NCBI GenBank assembly: GCA_011772495.1
Contig: WVZL01000016.1
Location: forward strand, 10,075-74,074
From: Candidatus Aminicenantes bacterium
Lineage (GTDB): Bacteria > Acidobacteriota > Aminicenantia > Aminicenantales > Aminicenantaceae
Reading direction: 5' to 3'
DNA length: 64,000 nucleotides
Below are positions 1-8,408 of the stretch, piece by piece. The stretch's first letter is position 1. Each line of letters opens with the position of its first letter. A model generated the notes under the pieces. It saw nothing but the letters and a program-made list of their open reading frames with translations, did no database searches and was not told where the DNA came from. Both the position numbers and the translations under genes were made by a program.

Positions 1-2
1 CC

Positions 3-653
3 AAGGAGGGATTGAACTACAAAGGATACAACATTGCCATGCACGAATTCGGTCACTGTGTCGAACAGACATTGACCCTCCATAAGGTTGACTACTACAT
101 GCTGCGCGGAGTTCCGAATACTGCCTTTACCGAGGCCTTTGCCTATGTCTTCCAGGAAAGAGACCTTGATGTTTTGGGCATAAAACGAAAAGAAGACCCG
201 AACCGAAAGCACCTGAAAGCTCTGGAAGAACTCTGGAACACTTACGAGATAATGGGAGTTTCCCTGGTTGACATGAAAGCCTGGAACTGGCTCTATAAAA
301 ACCCGAAGGCCACCCCGGCAGAGCTGAAAGACGCTGTCATCTCGATCGCCAAGGAGATCTGGAACACGTATTATGCTGATGTCTTCGGAATCAAGGATCA
401 GCCTATCCTGGCCATCTATTCTCACATGATCGATGCCGCGCTCTATCTCCCGGATTATCCCTTGGGGCACGTTATTGCTTTTCAGGTCAGAAACTTTCTG
501 GAGGGGAAAAATCTCGGAGAAGAAATGGAAAGAATGTGTGCCCTAGGGAATATTATTCCTCAAGAGTGGATGATAAAGGCCGTGGGGGCCAGGATCTCCT
601 CTCAACCGTTGCTGGATGCTGCGGATGAGGCTTTAAAACACCTAAAGAAATAA
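3..653 (+). CDS. Zinc metallopeptidase, C-terminal part (HEXXH gluzincin, M3-like); 5-prime end outside window
   Basis: The frame is open from the window edge, with no stop between nt 3 and the TTG used by the ORF track at 12. An HEFGH zinc-binding motif sits near the start (..NIAMHEFGHCVEQ..). Any family call beyond 'HEXXH metallopeptidase' is by resemblance only. Confidence 0.6.
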   Translation, partial: KEGLNYKGYNIAMHEFGHCVEQTLTLHKVDYYMLRGVPNTAFTEAFAYVFQERDLDVLGIKRKEDPNRKHLKALEELWNTYEIMGVSLVDMKAWNWLYKNPKATPAELKDAVISIAKEIWNTYYADVFGIKDQPILAIYSHMIDAALYLPDYPLGHVIAFQVRNFLEGKNLGEEMERMCALGNIIPQEWMIKAVGARISSQPLLDAADEALKHLKK

Positions 654-683
654 TCGTGTTTCGGTCAAATCGAGACAGAACTT

Positions 684-1652
684 CTATTCGATTATCCGAG
701 CTGCGGCTTCCAATACTGTGTGAGGAGATATATCAGATACGGATTCTCCGCTGAGAACCGTAACTCGCCCGTAGGGTCTCCAGGCTGTTTCAAGGTCCTT
801 CTGGAAAAGGGCCAGGACTTTTGTCCCGCAGGCTGCAGCCAGGTGGGTGATTCCTGAGTCATTCCCCAGGTAAAGGGTTGAGGCTGAAAGTAAACCAGAA
901 AGCTTTAGCAGAGAAGGATTATGAAGCCATACCCAATTCTGGGGAAGGGTATGGCTTTTTAACACTTTATCTAATTCAGCATCTGCAAATCCAGTGACCA
1001 GAGCGCCTCGGTAGCCTTTGTGGCTAAACTGGTGGATCAGCTCCATGAAATTATCCAAGGCCCAGCATTTGATCTTGCTCCCGCTTCCAGGATGGACAAC
1101 CACGATCTTTTGCCTTTTTTCTACTCTCTTTCCTTTGTCCCTTGAAAGCCCTTTTCCGAGAAGACTCAGACCAGCCTCCTCCTGGCTTGAACTGAGAGGC
1201 AGTCGAGTACAGTCATTGAAGGAAGGACTTGGTCCTTCTATCCCGGTAAGATATTCAAGGGTTTTTCTGAAATAATACCTGCTGATCGGGCCTTGATGAA
1301 CAGGATCGAGGACGAAAAAACGGCATCTCTTTTTGTCTAAGAAATTGCAGAGTTCTTCATAAGCAAGACTATTCTCCTTCTGCATCCAGCCCAGGACCAA
1401 TGAAAATCCCTCCAGCCAGCTGTTCAATTCCTCGGGATAGGGGGGAGAGGAAAAAAGGGGAGCGAGCTGCTGGTGGTTTAGGGAAACGATTTTATCCACC
1501 AGTCCTGTTTCTTTGAGAATGAAGCCGTACTCTTCGCGACAGGCTAATGACAGCGAAAAAGAAGAAAGCTTCTTCCGCAATAGGAAGATGGCAGGGAAAG
1601 CAACCATCAAATCGCCCAGACCGCCGAGGCGAAACAGGAGAGCGGATTTCAT
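684..1652 (-). CDS. Glycosyltransferase family 9 (ADP-heptose:LPS heptosyltransferase-like)
   Basis: Motifs LLFRLGGLGDLMVAFP, VVVHPGSGSKIKCW and LYLGNDSGITHLAAACGTKVLALF are typical of GT9 heptosyltransferases. The likely start is the ATG at 1652 (MKSALLF..). The ORF-track start at 1700 is a GTG with no usable SD spacing. Confidence 0.8.
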   Translation of the reverse strand: MKSALLFRLGGLGDLMVAFPAIFLLRKKLSSFSLSLACREEYGFILKETGLVDKIVSLNHQQLAPLFSSPPYPEELNSWLEGFSLVLGWMQKENSLAYEELCNFLDKKRCRFFVLDPVHQGPISRYYFRKTLEYLTGIEGPSPSFNDCTRLPLSSSQEEAGLSLLGKGLSRDKGKRVEKRQKIVVVHPGSGSKIKCWALDNFMELIHQFSHKGYRGALVTGFADAELDKVLKSHTLPQNWVWLHNPSLLKLSGLLSASTLYLGNDSGITHLAAACGTKVLALFQKDLETAWRPYGRVTVLSGESVSDISPHTVLEAAARIIE

Positions 1653-1758
1653 CTCATTTTCACCAACCCCGTTGGGATCTAAGAATCTCTTTCCAAGCAC
1701 CTCACCATAATATACTTAGGCTGTCCCTTAGACGTGATTTAGGAGGAAAATTTCGGTC

Positions 1759-2961
1759 TTAATCGGCTTTCTTTATCAATTCAGCAAATTTGGTACCGAA
1801 TTCTTCTCCCTTCTTGAGCTCTTCTCTTGTCGGACTTCCCATGAACTCGAAGTTGTCCATCATTTCCCATCTCAGTGGTTCTATGATCTTTTGGAGATGC
1901 CTTTGAGCTCCGCCGCTCCAGCCGTAGCTCCCGAAGACAGCTACTTTTTTATTCAGGATACGTTTGTGGACAGCCATGTTCAACACCTCTGTCACTGGAG
2001 GAAAAAGAGAGACTTCATAGGTGGGGGCGCCAATCATGACGCCGGCCTTTGTCCAAAGGGAAGAAAGGATGTAGCTGACGTGGGTTCTGGCTGCATCAAA
2101 GATCTCAAGGTGGACGCCTGCTCGAGAAATTCCCTGGGCCACCGCATTCATCATCATCTCAGTATTGCCGTACATCGAGCCGTAGATAAGGGTGATTCCT
2201 GGTTCTGTCTTTCCGGTGGCGAACTCTGCCCATTTTTTGTAGAGATTGACAATCGTGGGTATCTTCTTTCGCCAGATAAGTCCATGGGAGGGGGCAATGA
2301 CATCGAGAGGAACATCAGCAAGCTTCTCGATAGCCGAAAGAACTCTCTGGCTGTATATGGCCACGATATTGACATAATAGCGGAGAGCTTCCTGCTGGTA
2401 GAAATCGAAATCTTCGCATTCATCATCAAAGATGGCGCCCCGGATAGCTCCGTAACTCCCGAAGGCATCGCAAGAAAAAAGAATTCGATGAGTGGTCTCA
2501 TAGGTCATGATCGTCTCTGGCCAGTGGAGAAAAGGAGTGGAAAAGAACTTTAAGGTCATTTTACCTAAAGAAATAGTCTCTTCATCGTTGACGACCTGGA
2601 TGTTTTCTTTGATATCGAAAAAGCTGGCCAGCATTTCTTTAGTCTTGTCTGAACACAAAATCGTGGATTGGGGATTAATTTTTCTGAAGGTTCGAATCAA
2701 GCCCGAATGGTCTGGCTCCATGTGGTTCATCACGATATAATCGATCTTTGAAATATCAGTAACCTCGTTGATTTGGTTGAAAAACTCATCGGCTTTGAAC
2801 GATTTGGTCAGATCAATGATGGCCTTTTTCTGGTCATCGATAAGATAGGAATTGTAGGAGATGCCCTCTTTGGTGATAGGCCATAAGCCTTCGAAGAGGT
2901 CAGTCGTTCTATCATTAACTCCTACCCAATACACGCCTGGTTTTATTTCTACTGCCGGCAT
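1759..2961 (-). CDS. Flavodiiron protein (type A flavoprotein; metallo-beta-lactamase-like plus flavodoxin domains)
   Basis: N-terminus VYWVGVNDRTTDLFEG, di-iron ligand motif NHMEPDHSG, and C-terminal flavodoxin-like IYGSMYGNTEMM. AAGGAGG lies 8 nt upstream of the ATG. Confidence 0.9.
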   Translation of the reverse strand: MPAVEIKPGVYWVGVNDRTTDLFEGLWPITKEGISYNSYLIDDQKKAIIDLTKSFKADEFFNQINEVTDISKIDYIVMNHMEPDHSGLIRTFRKINPQSTILCSDKTKEMLASFFDIKENIQVVNDEETISLGKMTLKFFSTPFLHWPETIMTYETTHRILFSCDAFGSYGAIRGAIFDDECEDFDFYQQEALRYYVNIVAIYSQRVLSAIEKLADVPLDVIAPSHGLIWRKKIPTIVNLYKKWAEFATGKTEPGITLIYGSMYGNTEMMMNAVAQGISRAGVHLEIFDAARTHVSYILSSLWTKAGVMIGAPTYEVSLFPPVTEVLNMAVHKRILNKKVAVFGSYGWSGGAQRHLQKIIEPLRWEMMDNFEFMGSPTREELKKGEEFGTKFAELIKKAD

Positions 2962-3181
2962 TGAACTTGCCTCCTTTTTATGAGCGACTTCCCATTTTAA
3001 AGAGGAAGGATGGAATATGCAATCCCCATTTCTACTAATAAAAGCTAAAATGCGTAGACCTGACCCCTTTTCACCAATCTTTTTTTGTTATTAATTCTCT
3101 TTTACAATCTTTACTGTTTGTGGTAAAAAAAACGGGAAAAAATGAGCGACTTCTGATATCATCCTCGACAAGGAGAACAAG

Positions 3182-4540
3182 ATGGAGAACCAGGAGACAA
3201 ACGCAAGAGGAACCTGGGGCTCTAAGATCGCTTTCATCTTTGCTGCGGCTGGATCAGCCATAGGTTTAGGCAATATCTGGCGCTTTCCGACCCAGGTCAG
3301 TCAAAACGGGGGAGCTGTCTTTGTTCTGGTTTATATTATAGCGGTGGCTTTGATCGGGTTAACGGTCATGCTGGCTGAGCTGACTATCGGGCGTCATGCT
3401 CAGAAAAATCCGGTGGGGGCCATCGAACATATCAAACCGCGCTCACCCTGGAAACTCTTTGGTTATCTGGGAGTCATAACAGGAGTCTGTATTCTCTCCT
3501 TCTATTCGGTGGCGGCTGGCTGGGCTGTGGGTTACATGGTCAAGACTGCGTCAGGTGCATTCAGAGGAGAAGTGACAGGCCAGATGACGGATAGAATATT
3601 CACCGAATTCAGTGCTGATCCTCTCCAGGTCATCCTCTTGCTTGCCATCATCGTCGGACTGACAACCTTTATCATTTCAAGAGGTGTCAAAAAGGGAATA
3701 GAAAGATGGACCAAGATCCTGATGCCTATTCTCTTTGTGCTGATAATTTTCCTGGCCATAAGAGCCTTGACTCTTCCCGGAGCCGGAAAGGGACTGGTCT
3801 TTTATCTTAAACCTGATTTCTCCAAGTTCAGTGGTACGGTTGTGCTTTTCGCTCTTGGCCAGGCTTTTTTTTCTCTGAGTTTGGGGATGGGAACCATGAT
3901 TACCTACGGCAGCTATATCTCCAAGTCCGATAATCTTGTCTCCTCAGCGGGATGGGTGACTTTCTCGGATACTCTTATCGCCATCCTCGCCGGAATGATC
4001 ATCTTCCCCACCCTTGCCTTTTCCGGCCAACCAGGAGATGTGGGGGGAGTTGGTTTGATCTACAAGATCTTTCCGATCATTTTTTCTCAAATACCAGGGG
4101 GTTATATCTTCGGAACTCTCTTCTTCGCTCTTATATCCGTAGCTGCTTTGACTTCGACCATATCTTTGCTAGAAGTTCCGGTGGCCTATTTGGTTGACGA
4201 GAAAAACTGGTCGAGGACCAAGGCGGCCCTGGGGATTGGCACCTTAGCATTTGTTCTGGGAGTTCCTTCTGCTCTCTCCTCAGGAGGAACGCAGATTTTT
4301 ACTAAATTGAGAATCTTTTACTGGTTTGATTTTATCTTCGGCAATATCTCCTTGGCTGTGGGAGCCCTCTTGATATGCGTGTTCGTCGGTTATGTTTGGG
4401 GAGTTAAAAAAGCCCTCCAGGAAGTCTTCTCCGGAAATCCCCGGTTCAAGCTCAAGCCATTCTGGGTCTTCTCCTTAAAATTCCTCTCTCCGATAGCCAT
4501 AATCATCATTCTCATCTTCATAAAAACCATTGCTGGATAA
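3182..4540 (+). CDS. Neurotransmitter:sodium symporter (NSS/SNF) family transporter
   Basis: N-terminal signature WGSKIAFIFAAAGSAIGLGNIWRFP, about 11-12 hydrophobic segments, SD AAGGAG upstream. Confidence 0.9.
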   Translation: MENQETNARGTWGSKIAFIFAAAGSAIGLGNIWRFPTQVSQNGGAVFVLVYIIAVALIGLTVMLAELTIGRHAQKNPVGAIEHIKPRSPWKLFGYLGVITGVCILSFYSVAAGWAVGYMVKTASGAFRGEVTGQMTDRIFTEFSADPLQVILLLAIIVGLTTFIISRGVKKGIERWTKILMPILFVLIIFLAIRALTLPGAGKGLVFYLKPDFSKFSGTVVLFALGQAFFSLSLGMGTMITYGSYISKSDNLVSSAGWVTFSDTLIAILAGMIIFPTLAFSGQPGDVGGVGLIYKIFPIIFSQIPGGYIFGTLFFALISVAALTSTISLLEVPVAYLVDEKNWSRTKAALGIGTLAFVLGVPSALSSGGTQIFTKLRIFYWFDFIFGNISLAVGALLICVFVGYVWGVKKALQEVFSGNPRFKLKPFWVFSLKFLSPIAIIIILIFIKTIAG

Positions 4541-4549
4541 AGGAAGCTG

Positions 4550-6274
4550 ATGAAGAAAAAAACTCTAGCCATCATTTTCTCGTTGACTTTCCTGTGTCTT
4601 TCCTCTCTTGAAGCAGCAGATATCAAAGGCCAAGTCATCCTGTCTCACACTGAGAAGCCCTATTCTCGCGGCGCAATTCTTCTCAGCTTGATCGGAGCTG
4701 AGGAATACACAAAGGCAGAGATCAAAGAAGACGGAAGCTTCGTCTACCAGGATATCGAACCGGGCAGATACCTCCTCAAGTTGGACCTCTACAGCGTGAC
4801 TCCTGAGGGAGGGGAAAGAGAGATTGAGATCAAGGAAAAGGATGAAACCTTAGAGCTCACTCTGCCCTTATCCCTTTCTCTTCTGGATAAAGTGCTTGTT
4901 TTCACCAAGGAGACGAGCGATTTCATATGGTTTCCTTTGATGGTAGCCCTTCTCTTTACGATTGGCGTGATGCTCACCATTCTCACCCGATTGATCCAGG
5001 CTAGAAGATTCTTTCTTTCCATGAAAATGGTGCTCCGCGGCGCTCTGAAAAAGGATAAGGTAGATAAAGAAGAGGGAGATATCTCCCCCTATGCGGCCCT
5101 CATGACTGCTCTGGCTGCTACAGTGGGAAACGGAAATATCGCCGGCGTGGCTACAGCCATCGCTACCGGCGGTCCAGGGGCACCCGTCTGGATGTGGATA
5201 GCCGGCTTCTTCGGTATGGCCACCAAATACGCCGAAGGTTTCTTAGGCGTGCGGTTCAGGGTAAAGAACGAACGAGGAGAGATGTCTGGTGGGCCCATGT
5301 ATTATGCCCGCTACGGTATCAAAAACATCCATCTGGCTAAATTCATGGGAATGTTTTTTGCTATCTGTGGTGCCTTCACCTGTCTCTTCGGTTCAGGAAA
5401 CATGGCTCAGTCCAATTCTATGGCCCTGGTCTTTAACACTCAATTCGGCGTGCCTTTCTGGCTAACAGGATTGGTTATTACGACAATGGTCGGTGCTGTC
5501 ATCCTGGGAGGAATAAGAAGAATCGGAGGTGTTTCTGAGCGCCTGGTTCCGACCATGATCATTCTTTATTTTGGGGGAGCCCTGGTCATTATCCTAGCCA
5601 ATATCACCAATCTCCCCGCTGCCTTTGCCGTGATTTTCAAGTCCGCTTTCTCTGTAAAAGCTGCTGGAGGAGCCATGGTCGGCACTTCGGTCAGGCTGGC
5701 CATCAGCATAGGCGTCAGGAGAGGGATGCTCTCCAATGAATCAGGCTTAGGCTCGGCAGCTATTGCCCAGTCGGCCTCCAAATCCTCAGACCCTTCTCGA
5801 AACGGACTCATTGCCATGACCGGAACCTTTATCGATACTCTGGTGGTCAATACTCTCACTACTCTGTCCATTGTTATAACAGGAATGTACCTAAAAACAG
5901 CTGCCTTTGGTTCGTCTGAAGCATTGACTTCTACTGCCCTAACAGCAGCAGCTTTTGATTCAGTAATCCCGTTCGGGGGATATATCATTGCTTTGAGTTC
6001 TTTTCTTTTCGGCTATTCGACACTCCTAGCCTGGTGCTATTACGGAGAAAAGTGCCTGGAGTATATCTTCGGAGTAAGGATTGTCTATCCTTACCGGATT
6101 GCTTTCATCATCCTGCTTTTCATCGGTGCCAATATCACAGGAGCTCATCTGAACATCATCTGGTACGTAGGGGATATTGCCAACGCCTCCATGGCCTTTC
6201 CTAACTTATTGTCCCTGATTCTTCTCGCCGGAATGGTCGGGAAAGTGACAACCAAATATTTTTATAAAAAATAA
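4550..6274 (+). CDS. Alanine/glycine:cation symporter (AGCS) family transporter with an N-terminal signal peptide and beta-sandwich extension
   Basis: AGCS signature ALMTALAATVGNGNIAGVATAIATGGPGAPVWMW. The first ~115 aa are a signal peptide followed by a CarboxypepD_reg-like pattern (IKGQV..EDGSFVYQDIEPGRYLLKLDL). Confidence 0.85.
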   Translation: MKKKTLAIIFSLTFLCLSSLEAADIKGQVILSHTEKPYSRGAILLSLIGAEEYTKAEIKEDGSFVYQDIEPGRYLLKLDLYSVTPEGGEREIEIKEKDETLELTLPLSLSLLDKVLVFTKETSDFIWFPLMVALLFTIGVMLTILTRLIQARRFFLSMKMVLRGALKKDKVDKEEGDISPYAALMTALAATVGNGNIAGVATAIATGGPGAPVWMWIAGFFGMATKYAEGFLGVRFRVKNERGEMSGGPMYYARYGIKNIHLAKFMGMFFAICGAFTCLFGSGNMAQSNSMALVFNTQFGVPFWLTGLVITTMVGAVILGGIRRIGGVSERLVPTMIILYFGGALVIILANITNLPAAFAVIFKSAFSVKAAGGAMVGTSVRLAISIGVRRGMLSNESGLGSAAIAQSASKSSDPSRNGLIAMTGTFIDTLVVNTLTTLSIVITGMYLKTAAFGSSEALTSTALTAAAFDSVIPFGGYIIALSSFLFGYSTLLAWCYYGEKCLEYIFGVRIVYPYRIAFIILLFIGANITGAHLNIIWYVGDIANASMAFPNLLSLILLAGMVGKVTTKYFYKK

Positions 6275-6292
6275 ACATTTCTGAATTCTAGG

Positions 6293-7237
6293 ATGGGCAA
6301 GAAGAGGAATTTTCTCGTATTCAGTCTGAAATTTGTCGTTAGCTTTGCCCTCATCGCTTACATTTTGATCTACCGGACTTCGATCAAAGACATCCTGGAA
6401 GCTCTAAGCGGCGCTAGCCTTTTCTGGATTCTCATCTCGTTCTCCCTGCATGCCTTAGGACTGCTCATCAGCGCCTACCGCTGGCAGATCCTCATCCGCG
6501 CTCAAGGAGACTCTGTGCCCTTGGGATTTTTGGCTAAATCCTATCTGGTGAGTTCATTCTTTAACAATTTTCTCCCTACCCGTATCGGAGGCGATGTCAT
6601 TCGTATCTGGGACGGCTCTCGTTACTCTCGCTCGCTAGTGAAATCTTCAGCCGTGATCGTGGTCGAACGGCTCACCGGAATCATCGTTCTGTTTGTTTTT
6701 GCCCTCATCGCCTCTCTGATACGGCTGGAAATGGCGCAGCAGATCCCGGTTATCTGGGTTTCCTTGCTCGTGGGAATTCTGGGCCTGCTTCTCATCGCTC
6801 TGTTCTTTACGCCCGTATCGAAAAAGCTGCTCGAAAGAATTCCTGATAAAGGAATATTCCAGAAAATCAAACCCAAGGTTTTTACCTTCAGGGATACGGC
6901 TCTTATCTACCGGGATAAAAAAGCGCATTTCTTCAAAGCCATGTTCTGGGCCCTTCTTCTCCAGATCAACGTTATTCTTCATTATTTCCTGATCGGAAAA
7001 GCTCTTCATCTCGAAATCCAGCTCATAGACTATTTCATTTTTATTCCGATTATTCACCTCATCCTAATTATTCCCATCACCATCAGTGGTTTTGGTCTAA
7101 GAGAAGGCGCTTACATCGAGATTTTCAGATTCTACGGAATTTCTGCCTCGGCAGCTGTCTCCTTCTCTTTCATAGATGTCATCTTTCAACTTGTGGTAGG
7201 ACTGGTCGGCGCAGTAATATATATCACGAGGAAATGA
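6293..7237 (+). CDS. Polytopic membrane protein, UPF0104 / lysyl-PG-synthase TM-region (flippase-like) family
   Basis: About 8 hydrophobic helices and the motif FFNNFLPTRIGGDVIR. The stop overlaps the next start (ATGA at 7234-7237). Confidence 0.6.
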   Translation: MGKKRNFLVFSLKFVVSFALIAYILIYRTSIKDILEALSGASLFWILISFSLHALGLLISAYRWQILIRAQGDSVPLGFLAKSYLVSSFFNNFLPTRIGGDVIRIWDGSRYSRSLVKSSAVIVVERLTGIIVLFVFALIASLIRLEMAQQIPVIWVSLLVGILGLLLIALFFTPVSKKLLERIPDKGIFQKIKPKVFTFRDTALIYRDKKAHFFKAMFWALLLQINVILHYFLIGKALHLEIQLIDYFIFIPIIHLILIIPITISGFGLREGAYIEIFRFYGISASAAVSFSFIDVIFQLVVGLVGAVIYITRK

Positions 7238-8382
7238 AAATCCTTCGCCTTTTTCTTATAATAATTCTCCTTTCTTCTCCGGCCCTTCTTCCCCAAGAAG
7301 ATATCTCTGAATACGAGGAAAGGCTCGAGAAAATCTTCGAGCAGATCAAAGACCTTCAGAAAAGAATCGAAGAAGAGGAGAAAAAAGAATCAACTGCTCT
7401 CTCGAGACTGGACAGGATCGGCTTCAAAAAAAGACTGATCAAGAAAGAAATTTCCCTCACCAATATCCAGCTGGAAAAAACAAACCGAGAACTCCGCTCC
7501 ATTAGGGAGCGCATCCCTCCTCTGAAATCGAGACTGAAGAAGGAGCAGGAGTCCATCGAAAAAATACTTGTAACTGTCTATAAGTTCGGCAAATTCAACT
7601 TCATTGAATTCGTGCTGCAGTCTAAAGATTTCAAAACCCTTTTGGCGGAAAGCAAAAATCTGACGCTCCTGGCTCAGTATCAGGATAAAATCATCTCGGG
7701 CTATTTAGATACCTTGGCCCGACTCAACGCAGCCGAAGAAGGTCAAAAGAGAAAAACTCAGGAATTATCGCAACTGATTCAAAAGGCACGTCAGAAGCGA
7801 AAGGAGCTTGAAGCTGAAGAAAGAAACAACAAAAACCTTATCAGCGAGATTGAGAAGAATAAAAAGGCTCATACTCAAACCATCGGAGAATTAAAGGATA
7901 GGGCTGAACAGCTCGAGATATTGATGAGAAAATTGGTAAAAGAAGGGATGGTTTTTCCTTTTCCCTTCATTCCTTTGTACGAGAAAAAGGGACAGCTGCC
8001 CTGGCCAATCGAAGGCAGCGTCATAACCAACTTTGGCCGGCAAAGACACCCCGTGTTCAGGACTGTCACTATTCGCAACGGGATCGAAATTTCTCCTAGA
8101 GGCAGTGAAATGATCATTAAATCCATTCATTCCGGCAGAGTTGTGTATGCTGATTATTTCAAGGGTTACGGCAATCTCATAATCATCGATCACGGAATGA
8201 CCTATTATTCTCTCTATGGTTACTGCGAGGAATTTTTGGTGGAGAAAGGGGACTTGATTAAGGGAGAGCATCCCATTGCCGTTGTCGGTGACTTTGGCTC
8301 TCTGAAAGGCATTTCCCTTTATTTTGAAATCAGGTTCAAAAGAAAGCCTTTGAATCCCTTGCAATGGCTGAGGGGAAGATGA
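7234..8382 (+). CDS. envC: EnvC-like murein hydrolase activator (coiled coil plus degenerate LytM/M23 domain)
   Basis: Signal peptide, a long K/E-rich coiled coil, and a C-terminal M23 fold (GYGNLIIIDHGMTYYSLYGYC, SLYFEIRF). The HxxxD and HxH metal ligands are replaced, as in non-catalytic EnvC. Confidence 0.75.
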   Translation: MKILRLFLIIILLSSPALLPQEDISEYEERLEKIFEQIKDLQKRIEEEEKKESTALSRLDRIGFKKRLIKKEISLTNIQLEKTNRELRSIRERIPPLKSRLKKEQESIEKILVTVYKFGKFNFIEFVLQSKDFKTLLAESKNLTLLAQYQDKIISGYLDTLARLNAAEEGQKRKTQELSQLIQKARQKRKELEAEERNNKNLISEIEKNKKAHTQTIGELKDRAEQLEILMRKLVKEGMVFPFPFIPLYEKKGQLPWPIEGSVITNFGRQRHPVFRTVTIRNGIEISPRGSEMIIKSIHSGRVVYADYFKGYGNLIIIDHGMTYYSLYGYCEEFLVEKGDLIKGEHPIAVVGDFGSLKGISLYFEIRFKRKPLNPLQWLRGR

Positions 8383-8408
8383 TAGAATCAATAATCACTA
8401 TTTGAACA

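Noticed and set aside
7891-8391. Long antisense or alternate-frame ORFs in the track, for example 7891-8391, 5566-5988, 1891-2553, 24432-24974, 33759-34196, 34301-34828, 35012-35584, 42645-43218, 44840-45298, 53183-53617 and 21574-22011.
   Set aside because: Each lies entirely or largely inside a well-supported gene on the other strand or frame. They have no SD and show biased R/S/L/G-rich or low-complexity composition with no family motif. They are shadow ORFs.
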